A stretch of DNA of 64,000 nt from positions 1 through 64,000 of the forward strand of contig JALDZS010000137.1 in assembly GCA_022813965.1 (NCBI GenBank), written 5' to 3'. Within the stretch, counting starts at the first letter, position 1; each line of letters begins with the position of its first letter. The DNA is from Toensbergia leucococca (lineage: Eukaryota). Below, one piece after another: positions 52,185-64,000 of the stretch. The notes under the pieces are model-generated. The model saw only the letters and a program-made list of their open reading frames with translations, was not told the origin of the DNA and did no database searches. The position numbers and the translations under genes were made by a program.

Positions 52185-54019
52185 ATGCAAGAAAATCGAC
52201 GCCTGTTCGTCTCAGAAATTCTTCAAAGGGCCTCTTTACTTTCCGTTGTGCTTGCTGTATGCTGTGCTTATGTTCTCTACATTGTGGTGGAGAAGTACCT
52301 TGAATATCGTGTAAGCAGCAAGCCGGGAAAAGTATTGCGCTTTCTCATGTTTATGTATCGTAGGCAGATACTGCATTCGGTCTCCGTCATGGCTGCCTAC
52401 CTCCCCTACAGATTCCAAATCGATGGCCTCTAGGTCTCGAATGGATAAGGAGACTTTGGCACTGGGACTCTAAGCAACATTTGCTACAATTCTTATCTTC
52501 TGTCGCTGATGACTACGAACCCCGTACAATGCTTTCACAATACCTATTGTTCGGACCTCGTACCTTCCATATTTCGTCACCAAAGAACGTGGAAGCTGTC
52601 TTATCTACCAACTTCCAAGGTATGTGCTCTCCAACCATGTAATGCATCTCCTTCCAGAACGATATCCAATTTCGTTCTATAGACTATGGCTTTGGAGTCC
52701 GACATGGTGTCTTCTCGCCACTATTGGGTAATGGCATTTTCACACAAGAGGGACCGGCTTGGAAACATTCGAGAGAGCTTCTACGGAATCAATTCGTTCG
52801 AACGCAGTACCAGAATTTGGAACAATTTCGTGAACACGTCAACAATTTGCTAGCATGTTTACCTACCTCGAAGGGAGTCATTGATTTGCAACCGCTTTTT
52901 TTCAAGCTTACACTTGACACCACAACCGCTTTACTATTAGGACAATCAATTCATAGTCTCCAGGCCGAGGAGATTGCTGACACTGGGCTCAAGGCCTTTG
53001 CCGCGAGCTGGGATACAGCGTCAGGGGACCTAGCAAAACGCTATCGACTTGCTCCATTGCACTTTCTTTATGACACTCCCCAGTTCAGACGCGCATGCAC
53101 TGAAGTCCACCATTTTGTAGACGGGTATATTCAAGAGCGAGACGAGAAGAGAAACAATAACCCGCAAGTACAACCATTAGATAGTTTTCTTGATCAAATA
53201 TCGCAGGAGTCTACCAGTCACACAATGGTTCGCGATCACCTGCTTAATATCTTACTCGCAGGACGAGATACAACTGCTTGCTGTCTATCGTGGACAATGT
53301 GCGTATATCCCCAATACGTTCGCACAGCTCGATGATTCCCTTCTAATGACTGTCTGTGCCTTACATTCCAGCCGTCTTTTAATCCGCCATCCTTCAGTAA
53401 TGGAGCGTCTACGAAAGGAGGTTCACTCAGTGCTTAGTGACGAAGAGCATCCAACTCGGGAGAAGATCCGAAAGATGCCATATCTTGCTCTAGTCATCAA
53501 AGAAAGTGCGAACCTCACTTTCGCCCCAAGATTCCATGCCGCTAACCTCGCTCTTTAGGCCTTCGCCTGTTTCCACCGGTACCCATGAACAACCGAACGG
53601 CCACCAAAACCACCATTCTGCCAACGGGTGGGGGCCCAGATGGTACCGCCCCTATTCTTGTCCGTCGTGGCGAGCTCGTTGCCTTTGGGCAGTATGTCCT
53701 GTCCCGACGAAAGAACATCTACGGGCCTGACGCCGACAAATTCCGCCCTGAGCGTTGGGAGGGACACGAGCCTGGGATTATGTCCGGTTGGGCATATTTT
53801 CCATTTCATGGTGGTCCAAGAGCATGTCTCGGCCAGGACTTTGCGCTGATGGAAGTATCCTACACAGTAGTGAGGCTATTGCAGGCTTTTCCGATCATTG
53901 AGTTGCCAGCGGATGAGAAGCGAAGCGAGATGATTGGTTCCGAGAGACAACGACTTACTTTGGTGCTCTCAAGTGCTGATGGATGCCGAGTTGAGCTTGA
54001 TCGCGAATCCAAAAGATGA
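52185..54019 (+). CDS. Cytochrome P450, CYP52-clan-like
   Basis: N-terminal TM, LLGNGIFTQEG, AGRDTT (I helix), ExLR across an intron, FRPERW and FHGGPRACLG heme motif; 4 introns. Confidence 0.9.
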
Positions 54020-54210
54020 TACATGAAGGACTGTGGTCCGCGAGAGGAATTTTGAAAGGACGAAAATTTGAAACGATGCTTTTGTGCTTGTGTTTTTTGC
54101 ATTGACACGATCAAGGAAGAAGGAAAAGAACTTTTTCTCAGATTATCTTACACAGATTGGTTGAAGCTCAGGGTTAACTATTGATCAAAGTTGAAAAAAA
54201 AAAAAGTCCT

Positions 54211-54898
54211 ACTATCTCTCATTTATTTAGCGTATGCAAAATCCTATAGGCAAATTAAGATTTTTTGCAATTTTTTTCCCCCCCTTCTTGAATTCATATG
54301 ATAATAATCAACAAACTATCAATTTATCATCATATTCACTAAGTAATTCACCTCAATTAAGTATATATCTGAGGTCATACACACTCTTATTCATGCCTCT
54401 CAAACACTGATAGAAGATGTAGGATTCAGAATGATATAAGTGAGGGGTGAAGGGTTTCAGATCAGTATTTTTAATCATAAGAAACTCATGTGATTTTATC
54501 TCCCTTGATTTCTTGGTTGTAAAAGTTCTGAGATAGTAGTCAATTGCGCTCAGTATCCTTACTAATATCTTTCATTGTTTTGATCAACAGTGAAAGTTTC
54601 ATGGTGACTTGATTTACCTAGGTCTTTGGTTGAAAGATGCTCACTTTTGACTCCTGACAATTTGTCACCTCAGAGTAAAAGGCATAAATAAGTGTGTATG
54701 ACCTTTGATATATCTAATCGAGGGGAATTTGCTGAGAATATGATGATATACTAGTAGTGATGTGATGATGATGATTGATAGTTTGTAGATTATACCATTT
54801 CAAAAATTCAAAAAGGGGGGAAAACACAAAAAAAATTGTGGAAAATCTGATTTTGCCTCGGAGATTTTTGCACACGCCATATAGAATGAATAGATGGA
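54211..54898. mobile_element. Non-autonomous foldback/MITE-like element with long imperfect terminal inverted repeats
   Basis: The arm at about 54211-54398 is the reverse complement of about 54680-54898 (e.g. aggtcatacacact...atgcct vs aggcat...agtgtgtatgacct; acaaactatcaat vs attgatagtttgt). Non-coding core; no TSD identified. Confidence 0.65.
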
Positions 54899-55208
54899 TG
54901 TGTTTTTCGGTTTCTATTCTATTTGTGAGAAAATGAGAGGATAAAGGCCCTCTTATTAATAAAGCTGTTGTAAAACAAAATCACTCTCTTCTCTGTCAAC
55001 AAACAACACTCCCCCCCAAAAAAAACCCCCTTTCACAAGAATATGCAACCCAATCCCGCACCAGATTCCGCCGAGATCGCCAAAACCAAAAAAGGGGGAA
55101 CCAATCACACTCAAGACCCTAAGTAAAAAAAAACCGGGCGGTTTTTGTTACAGCCTAGGGCGTTACCCAGGGAACCTGGAATTCAGTACAGAAGTCGCCG
55201 AGGATCCC

Positions 55209-56863
55209 TCAAGCCGACCGATCCGGGAACAAAGTCCTCACCTTCCCCACCTGCCCCATCCTGCCCGTTTCCAAATCATTTCTCAGAGTCGGACTGGCGC
55301 TATCGATTCCACTCCACAACGCGTCTCCGGTCCCAAATTCCAAATCTTGCTCAATGACGTGCCCTTGAAGACTCTGACCATCACCACCACCAGCGTAGCC
55401 CTTCCCCTCCTCGCTGCTAGGAAATACCAACCGATCCGGCTCCAGAACATCTCTCAAATAAGGCACTTTGGGATTTTGCATTCTCGGTGGGGAGGGGGAG
55501 GTGGAGCTCGGGTCCGAATTTAGAGAACTGAAGGCGAGGGTGTGAAGGCGGGTGCGAACGGAGCGGAGGGTTAGGGAGGTGCTGTAGTGTTTTAAGAGGG
55601 CGGCGCAGGCGGGCATGCAGCTGCAGATGATGCCGATGTTGCATTCGGCCATGCTTTTTGGGCAAATTGGGGGGGTTATTTAGTTTGTTTGTTTGGAAAT
55701 GAGAAAGGGGTATTGGGGATTCAGGCGTACATGGTAGTGGAGAGGATAGCGTCATTCCAGTAAATATCGGGATTAGTTTTCAGGAGGATGCGGTAGTAGA
55801 GTCCCGTAAGGCTTGCTACCAGAGCGCTGTGGTATTGTTAGCTTTGGGGTTTTTTTTCAAAGGGAGTGGAACGGAGGGAATGGTAGACTTGCAGAAATCC
55901 GGTAAGGAAGATTGAAAGAACGCCAATTCTTTTGCGTCGGGAGAGTTTCAAGCTCCAGATGATGGGGATGGGTATGCAGATTAGATAGAGGTCGACCAAG
56001 ACGTTCCAAGCGCCTTGAACTAAAGCGTAGTTGATTTCGTAGCTGCAGGTTTGACCGAGGGCGGGATCAAGCCATGATTGGCCTGGACGCGGGAAACAGA
56101 GGTAGAGGTCAAGGGGGAGTATGCCCCAGTAGACTACAAATGAGATGATGATGCCGGTGTAGATGAGGATGTTGAGGTAGGGGTGCGGGGTGAAGAGTTT
56201 TTTGAAGAGGAGGAATACTGATAGCTACGTTTATCAGAGACGCCACAGAAGAGTGAGTAATTGACAAGTATTACGTACTTTGGAGAAGAACATGGATAAC
56301 GATCCAAATAGGTCATGGATAGTCATTCTATTACCGGTGCAATTAGAGGGTTTCAATTATGAAAGAGAGCATATAAGAAGCTGCCTTTACCCACATCTCA
56401 CTTAGATTGCCGGTGTATTGCGCAATGCTGATATCCCAAGAATGTCTTAACAACGGACCCTCTACGATCGATCAGCATCAACCCAAGGGAATTCAAAGTC
56501 ACGTCTCACCTTGAACATTCAAAGCCACAAACACGATTGAGAGCATCTGATAGCAAGCACTCAGCATAGCACGAACTAAACAAGCTTTTTACTCTTACAC
56601 AAGCTGTCATACATGCCCCTATCTCAGATCAGTATGTTCGATGCGAAAACGGAAATGTTATTCTGCATACAGTCAGGCATGCCCCAGGTATGAGTGATTC
56701 GAGAAGTCGAGTAAGCACGGGCCAAAAAAAAAGACAGCGATAGTGTCAAAGATGCAACACCGACAGCAAATGCTGCAGGCGCTATGGACGGTGGATCTAT
56801 GAAATTGGACTCAATCCCGGGTGGGGGAGGAAAAATTGGTGTTGTGGCATAATCAACACTCAT
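55209..56863 (-). CDS. PTH11-like (fungal rhodopsin-domain) integral membrane protein, multi-exon
   Basis: PPPPGIESNFIDPP N-terminus, HSWD, DLYLICIPIPIIWSLKLSRRKRIGV and AECNIGIICSCMP motifs. Confidence 0.8.
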
Positions 56864-58420
56864 GATGACTGGGGAAGTATTGAAATAAATATTAAAGCGG
56901 CTTTCAAGCAAAGCTGAACTCAAGACGGGGTAGAATGTTTCCTTGGGTGTATTCGAATCTCGGGACTTGGGGGATGGAAGATAAAGAACATTTTGAAGCC
57001 CTGTTTCAGTGATCAAGGCTGTACCCATGAAGGCAGTAGATCGTTGGACCAGAATATTGAACCCTTCACGGCAGAGAATAGTGCATAATAGGTTGCTGGA
57101 TAAGGTAGAGGCGGAGTCTGGAGTTGCGGGCTGACATATGCATAAAGCATGAGCCTAATGCACACACGGTTGAATTCAGAACTTCTGCCGAAAACGTCGT
57201 TGATTAATTCGCTGCTCACACCAGGACGAGGCGAGGTCAGATGTAAGACGGCCGGATCAACCCTCTTCCAGCGCCAAAGAAGTAACGTGACTGCCTTTTC
57301 CATTGCCCTAATGCCGGTCAGCAAAGAATCTAAGTTTCCACCTATGTAAACATCTTACTCATCTTGTAGCCACTTCCCACACCGCAGTATAAGCACTATG
57401 TTTCACCTGTGGCAACCATGTCAGCCCCGAAAGAAGCTCATTCCCATTGAAACTCAGTCCAATGAAGATCACTGATCCCAAAGGATCATTGTCCATTTGA
57501 TGCCCTTTGTAAGCTTCTCTGACCCTGGCCATATGCACAACCTCCACGGCAGATTTCCGCATAGCCTTGTTGTGCCACATGGTCCATCCCAAATTCCCCC
57601 AGCATCCCGTTTTGATATGCTTAACCTCGACGAAACACCACTATTAGATAAGAAGACTGTACAAGAGCTTACCGATCCAAACATCAATGCATACTCTCTG
57701 TGAGTAACTTGTATCATGCCGACTATATTTTCCATCCAAGTAAATATGCCGATGGCCTATCCCGAGACTGGGTGTTCTTGTCCAGGGAACTATCCGAAGC
57801 TATACTTCGGACGCAATGAAAAGACATCTGCTTGTGTCAAGACTCAAGGACTGACATTGTACTAGCTCATGCGTGAGCTGGCTAAATCTTCCGCTGCCTA
57901 GACTAGCCACTCATTCAAAGCATGTGGCTTTACCTACCTAATTGGAGCAGAGTAAGCAGAGTAAGCAGGAGTAGTGCCTTCATGTCAGAATGGCTTACTG
58001 AAGCTTTGGCGACGAACAAACCCATTTCAGTCCGCTGAAACGTGGCTTGAAATTCAGGTACAAAGCTCCCTCTAACCTTAAGACTCGCCCAAAGAGGGCC
58101 CGCTCCGATGATTGACGATATACATATAGGCATATGTTTCCTATAAAATGAAAAAAGAAGAGAATCACAGGAGTCAACGTAAGACCTGTGGAAGAAGAGG
58201 ACGGATCATCAGATATCCGGTAGTCCTGAAGCTGGTATAGCTACACCAGCCTCCTTCCCATTTCATACCTCCACTAACAGTCACAATGAGTGAGTAAGAA
58301 GTAATGCGGTATCACTTCGTGGACACCAGCTGACAAATTGTAACGACGTGACTAGACAAATGTACATCAACAACAGATGTCTGTTCTCGGCCTCTGATAA
58401 TGTGCCCCACCAATTCGATT

Positions 58421-60466
58421 TCAATTCCTACGACTCCCACGAGCGGTTAAATCGCTCCAAAAACTTGATACATTCCCAAGCAGCACTTCGATAGCCTCAG
58501 TGACGCTTCTCCAATACTCGGGTATTTTTTTGGAGAAGAAACCCGGGATGGTAATCGTGAAGAAGTGCGGAATGGTCTTCGTGCAGAATCCCCACAGTGG
58601 CTGTATAAAAAGTCGTCCATCCTCGAGTGGAATTGCCAATATTACAGTGATAGAGGCAAGAACTCCGATCCAAATTGATCCTGTAACATTGACATTTTGC
58701 CAACCCTGGCTGATGAACTGAAAAGTACCATCGCAGACAGACGGCTCCACCTCGAGTCTTTGTAGCCCAGGGTAGGAAGCCGCAGCACCTTGGGCAATGT
58801 TACGCGCATCAATTTGAATACGAGCAAGCGATGTCTCGAACAATTGCTTAGCTTCGACTTTCCACTGCTCTTTGGCGAGAGGCAGAGATTCCCATCCTCG
58901 GACCAGCTTTTGCGCGGCGAGTCCGCTGCCGAGACGGTAGTTGATGGTGTCATAGATATTCGACCATAGCAATGTGTACACCATGAACAGGAAGCCACCT
59001 CGAGTATGGGCATCTTTGATGACGAAAGTAGGTTCAGGTAGATATGGCTTCCAATCTTTTGAGCTACTCGGGTCTCGCCAAAGGGTTGTGTCTACACAAG
59101 CGAGAACAGAAGCGTGATTCCCCGTGTACCGCCAACGGGGTTCGTCACTGGACTTGATGGAGAATTTGGTGTTTGCGGGAAAGATCGGGTCATCACTTGG
59201 CGCAAGGTAAGATATCTTCTGTGGATGGATGAAAGCCAAAGTGAGAGATGAACCCTTTGGACGTTTTAGAGGTGCTATGGGTTCGTACGCAGGTCCTGAC
59301 TGAACAGTGCTATTAAATGGATGTTATCAACTCGGGTTTCATGCCCAGAAGGTTGGAGAGATACGCACCTGACGAGGTAGTGTGCTTGCCACTCAAGGTT
59401 GCTGCCCTGGGTTTTAGTTTGCCATGTGAACGGTAAGCCATTGCTAGAGCCATAATTGTAGGTATGTGTGTAGATTCCATCCTTTTCACTGGTGGTAATA
59501 TACGTTTCGTTTCTATTCAAGGGCACGCAGGTAGTGTTTCTCTGGAATTGCCAAGTTCGAGGAGCATTGATACCTACCGTCGCGGCGTCGATGGGACCTG
59601 TAGAGAATTGCGAGGCGGATGACATGTTTTCGTGGCACATTCCATCGACAAATGGACAAGGATCATCCGAAGGCGTGTAAGGAATTGACTGCTGAACAAA
59701 GAAATTGCAGTCATTCGCTCCACTCTCTGTGTCGTAACAACTCTCTGCCAGTTTGGCACTATCCAATTGTGCTTGAAAGGCAAACGGGCCAAGCACATCT
59801 TGAGACTGTGATAAATTAGACGAAGGGACGTAGAGTCCACATTTCGAATTAGTCGAGAGTGCTTTGCTGTCTGTGGCCAGATATGCCGTGACCACACCGC
59901 AAGCAAGAAAGCCAGCATAGGTGGTGATGAGCAAGATGATCTCCATGATAGGACGCAATAGAGGCTTTCTATTTCGCAAGACATTTGGTGTGTTGAGTTG
60001 AATTCTGCCTTCTTTTCTCCGTTGAATGATCTCATCGACGGTCTCCGAGAGTAGATGGAATGCTATGGTTTCAGGAGCGGTCGGGTCTTTTCTCACCCCA
60101 TGCACAGCAGCTGGCTCTCGAACTTTGAGGAGCAAGCGAAAGAGGCGTGCCAGAGCGATTGTCACAACGATACCCAAGAAGTTGGTCCAAAGGGTGGCCC
60201 TGAATTTGCTGCACAACCACTGAGTCTCTACAGCTGATTGTCAGCCTCAACTTTTGATTAGGGTAATGTCACTTTACGCGATCCCCAAGTCCTGTTGTAA
60301 TCAATGTACCATCCAGTATGAACGTCTGGTGTAGACATGGGGATGACGTCAAAAGCGTAAAATTATCGACTTTTTCTCTTTTAGTACAAGTTGACCATTC
60401 TGCTGAAATTGAATGATTGAAAAAGGTTGTCTCAATTAAAATGGTCCCAGCTGAGCTATATGACAT
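58421..60466 (-). CDS. Hypothetical fungal membrane protein (about 3 exons) with Cys-containing luminal region
   Basis: Long ORFs 59275-60216 and 58421-59239 with N- and C-terminal TM segments (CPF...C, QWKVEAKQLF). The 5' exon at 60277-60466 is tentative. Confidence 0.6.
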
Positions 60467-61025
60467 GGCCGGTAGAGATCTGTAAAAGCAGCCTCATAAA
60501 ATTCGCGCAAGTAAACGTCGCCCATTGCTCGGTTCACAGCTGGTGAGCCTAGAATACTGCTGACAGAGCCTCAATTAGGGTCCGTGGCTCATAGTTTCAC
60601 ATTCAGCTATCTTAAACCGGTGTGGTGGCAGGTGGTGGTTCCGACTTCCTCTTCATATAAGAGGTCAGGAGATAGTTAGGATGGGAGTTGTGTCATTAGA
60701 TAGGTACAGGTGGTGAGGTGTAACAGACGCGTTGTTCTAGTGAGGCTGTGCAAAGTACGCGTGTCACGATCCGCCGAGTCCGACGTGGGGAAACATTGAG
60801 GAAGCGCAGCCTAAACTTGCCGCCGAGGATTCTGCTCAGAATTCAAGTTATTTATTTAAATGTTCGATATCAGTGATCTTTATCACTTTGTCTACATCTC
60901 AGAGTACCTTTTTGCCTTATTGCTCACAGATTCAGCCCTTCAACAGAGTGACACTGATTTCAAAATGCGGCTAACATCTTTCTCTCTCACAATCTCATTA
61001 ACTCAAGTCAATCAAGAGCGTGATC

Positions 61026-61805
61026 CTATTTCAGTAACCTACCACCATTCGAATCAATAACGCTCCCAGTCAAAAATTGATCTTTCATCGCATAAAGAAA
61101 TGCCTCGGCAAGATCTTCCGGTCGTCCCATCTGCCCCGCCAAAGTTCCGTCCCTGAAAAACTGCAAGACGCCTTCGGGAAGGTCATCGAAAAGCTCCGTA
61201 TGCACCGCCCCAGGAGAAACACAATTGACCCTCACAGGCGCAAGATCAACCGCCAGCCCACGCGTCATCCCCTCCATAGCAGCACTCCACGCCGCAACAA
61301 TCGCCCAATCTTTGGCCGGCTTGGCGTTGATGGAGCCGCTGGTTACCGTAATGGAGGATTTGCTGCTTGGGCTTAGATATCTGGGAGCGAGCTTGGCGAG
61401 GACAAAGGGGCCAAGAAAGCGCACTTGACCGGGCTGGAGAATATCCTGGATGGTGGCTTCGGCGATGGGAGTGACCTTGAGGTTATCACCGGCTGTGAAG
61501 ACGATGTGGTCGATGCGAGAGTCGCCAGCTGCCGCTTGCAGGAGTGCGTCCAGGTTGGCCTCCAGAGAGTCTCGCCGGGAAAGATCGCAGGTGTGACCGC
61601 TGAGTTGATGGGTTTTGTCTGGGTAGCTGGCTTTGAGGCGGGAGAGAGCATGCTCGAGTTTGGGGGGCTTGGAGCCAGAGATGGTGACTTGAGCGCCGTG
61701 TTCGAGGGCGGCTTCGGCGACACAGAAGCCTATGCCGGATGTTCCGCCGAGTATTAGAACGCGGGACTGGGCTAATTTTGTGGTATACTTAGGGCTAGAT
61801 GACAT
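61026..61805 (-). CDS. Short-chain dehydrogenase/reductase (atypical active site)
   Basis: GGTSGIG, HIVFTAG, DLAPVRVNCVSPG and LTGSVIDSNGG motifs; the canonical YxxxK is not seen. Confidence 0.88.
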   Translation of the reverse strand: MSSSPKYTTKLAQSRVLILGGTSGIGFCVAEAALEHGAQVTISGSKPPKLEHALSRLKASYPDKTHQLSGHTCDLSRRDSLEANLDALLQAAAGDSRIDHIVFTAGDNLKVTPIAEATIQDILQPGQVRFLGPFVLAKLAPRYLSPSSKSSITVTSGSINAKPAKDWAIVAAWSAAMEGMTRGLAVDLAPVRVNCVSPGAVHTELFDDLPEGVLQFFRDGTLAGQMGRPEDLAEAFLYAMKDQFLTGSVIDSNGGRLLK

Positions 61806-62066
61806 TTTTGATGATTCTGTAATGGATTACAGGAGGTACTGGAACTTACAGGCAGAAGAATTGGCGTCTTTGGCCCTTTATATACTAGGAGTCTGGGTCT
61901 CGAAAAGGTGGGTAGTTCAAGACCTAATACAATTCTGGACGAGTCTCGTTCGGCTGGCTTTAAGGTGTGTTCAAAATCCCGTATCGCCGGGCTCGGCGAA
62001 CGGAACGAAGGTAGCGGAATGCGCCAGCTTACCATGAGTTATTCTATGACGCCATAGAATAGTTGG

Positions 62067-62450
62067 TTGTCAGCCTGAATTTTTGATCAGGATACTATCG
62101 CTTTACATGATCCTCAGGTCCTGTTGTAATCAACCTACGATCCAGTATGAACGTCTTGCGAAGGCATTGTCGACATGAGCAATCATGTCAAAAGTATAGA
62201 TAGAGAAAGAGTGAGAGCGTCAATTTCTTCTCTTTAAAGTAAAATTTGACAGTATCTATCTGTTAGTCTGATATTTTGAGACTTAACTATCAAGAGATAT
62301 CAACTGAAATGTACCGTCTTGACCAAGCTATATGAGATTGTTATTTGACATTTGTAGAATCAGCCTCATCAAAATCACGCAATCAAGTCTTTCTCATTGC
62401 TCAATTCACAACCCACCGCTGATGGCGCCTCAGTCAAAGTCTGTGACTCA
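62067..62450 (+). repeat. Degenerate direct repeat of 60238-60595
   Basis: Shared blocks in the same order: ttgtcagcct, gtcctgttgtaatcaa, atccagtatgaacgtct, agctatatga, cagcctcat, cattgctc and ctcata. Confidence 0.75.
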
Positions 62451-62672
62451 TATCATCATAGTCACAGAAGAGTCAGCCTGAGCAAGGTCTCAACCTTCAC
62501 AATCTCCTTCTGAATTAGTTAAAACCACCTGGTTGTCAGCCTACTCTGAAGGGAACCAATTGCCGCATTTTCACCTTGAGTAGGGTCAGACGTTGAGAAT
62601 TGAGACTTCTTCATAGACTCTATTCGTTAAGTACTGAACCACCAGGGGGTGACAAAAGATTTCTGTCTCCCT

Positions 62673-64000
62673 CTAGTAAATCCTGCAGTCTGCATCCCTT
62701 GTATGGTGACAGCTAAGACAAAATACAAACAGAAAATTATTCGTACTTTTACAATGACAGCAGAACCACTCGAGCTCCTTGCTTGTCTTAGCTGTCTGCT
62801 TTTTGGGTGGTACGCATGTTCGAACAGCACTTACACTTGTTGGAACATCAGGTACATGTGTCTGAAGAGCATTATGGTTCGTATAGACATTACCATACGT
62901 CGGGGTTAGACCACTAGCAATGGTCTGTTGTTCAAGGAGGGCGTACCCCTGAGTAGCGTTACGATACAGATCATCAACAGTAGTGGCTGAAGCTTGGGAT
63001 GCAGTGGTATCATAGACTGGTGCAGGGGTCCAGTACGGCCGAGAGGCCGACTTTCGAGGTGTAATAGTATTATTAATCAGCTCAGGATTTCCATGTGGCT
63101 GTGGGGGCTCTTGCCGAGTACGGGTATGGTTTACCTGTGAAGTCCGAGACACAACCGGAGCTTTAGACTTTTGATTAATAATACATGAGCTGTCTCTCAA
63201 ATGTCGGCAGGCCGAGCACTCTATCAAGACAATGGCATTTTTCTCCGTACACAGACAGCAAGTCCATAATAGTCCCTTTGCTTCTCGACGTGCTTGAGGT
63301 TTGAGGGTATTTGGTGACTTGAGGACTTTCTGATGCTGAATCGGAACATGGGATTGTGAGTTTCCCTGAGTCGTAGGGCCAGAAAAGAGTCCTAGCTTTG
63401 GAACGAGCTTCCAAATGGCGTCACTTGGCCTGTCTTCATTTTTCATTTCTCCTTTTTTATGGGATCGGTCTGGACGAGCTGAAGACGTTACCGGAGCCTG
63501 GCCTGACGATGAAGCCGTACTAGATTCTTCCCGTTCGTGGATCGCCTTTCGCTCTTCAAAAGACATAGATATCTCGGATCTTGAATTCGGTTGATCCTCA
63601 CTGAAGCCATCGTTAGCAGGACGTTGAGGCTTAGATAAGGGCATGTGCCAGTTACTTTTTGCAGGATGTTTGAGCTGACCTGGCACTAGGACGGGTGGCA
63701 ATCATGATGACTGCCCCAGTCATGACGCTTGAAACACCACTTGTGACTAGCTGAGTGGCCAATTGACGGAGCCAACTTCCGCTCTCAGTCTCAAGTGCCG
63801 GTCTGGGATTCTCTGCTGCGCTCTGGGCATTGCCGAGGACAGTCACCATATTTGTGAGGCTATCAAGAGATGCATCAATGGATTGGTGAACCTGAAGAAG
63901 AATTTCGCGCTGTTGTTTCAGATGTTCCTCAACTTTCAGATCATGCGCAGTTTGAGCGGTTTCGTACTTTTCCAAGAGGTCAAGGACAGATTCCAGGCTT
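62673..64000 (-). CDS. Hypothetical protein with two W-x-CC-x-C...C-xx-C-x-H zinc-ribbon motifs (5' end beyond window)
   Basis: WTCCLCTEKN...CSACRHLRDSSC and WFCCHCKSTN...CLSCHHTRDADC. The upstream coiled-coil ORF 63652-63975 probably belongs to the same gene. Confidence 0.55.

Noticed and set aside
57013..58300. Several short ORFs between the PTH11-like and membrane-protein genes
   Set aside because: No motifs or consistent exon chain could be supported.

Overview
Eukaryotic (filamentous ascomycete, Pezizomycotina-type) genomic DNA with short GT-AG introns. The left half (about 4-28.3 kb) is mostly conserved housekeeping genes: HNM1-like permease, NEW1/eEF3-like ABC-F, MFS pump, a head-to-head 2-methylisocitrate lyase / 2-methylcitrate synthase pair, ARG5,6, synaptobrevin and a GH76 DFG5/DCW1-like gene. 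After an AT-rich, CpG-depleted break at about 28.4-29.4 kb comes an accessory-looking region. It holds an intronless non-mobile rvt-type reverse transcriptase (QHDD), a head-to-head pair of an active kinase-ankyrin gene and a HeLo-like/pseudokinase gene (RIPK/MLKL-like architecture), and a transposase-HTH/class II aldolase fusion. Most notably, it holds a compact candidate fungal RiPP (dikaritin-type) locus: a UstYa/DUF3328 oxidase divergent from a secreted Kex2-type precursor with three identical Tyr-free, Trp-containing KR-ADDGDEIWSQ repeats and a decayed fourth copy. Also present are P450s, a PTH11-like receptor, an atypical SDR, a foldback/MITE-like element and a degenerate local duplication. 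All calls come from reading sequence and motifs by eye. No database searches were run, and intron boundaries are manual predictions.
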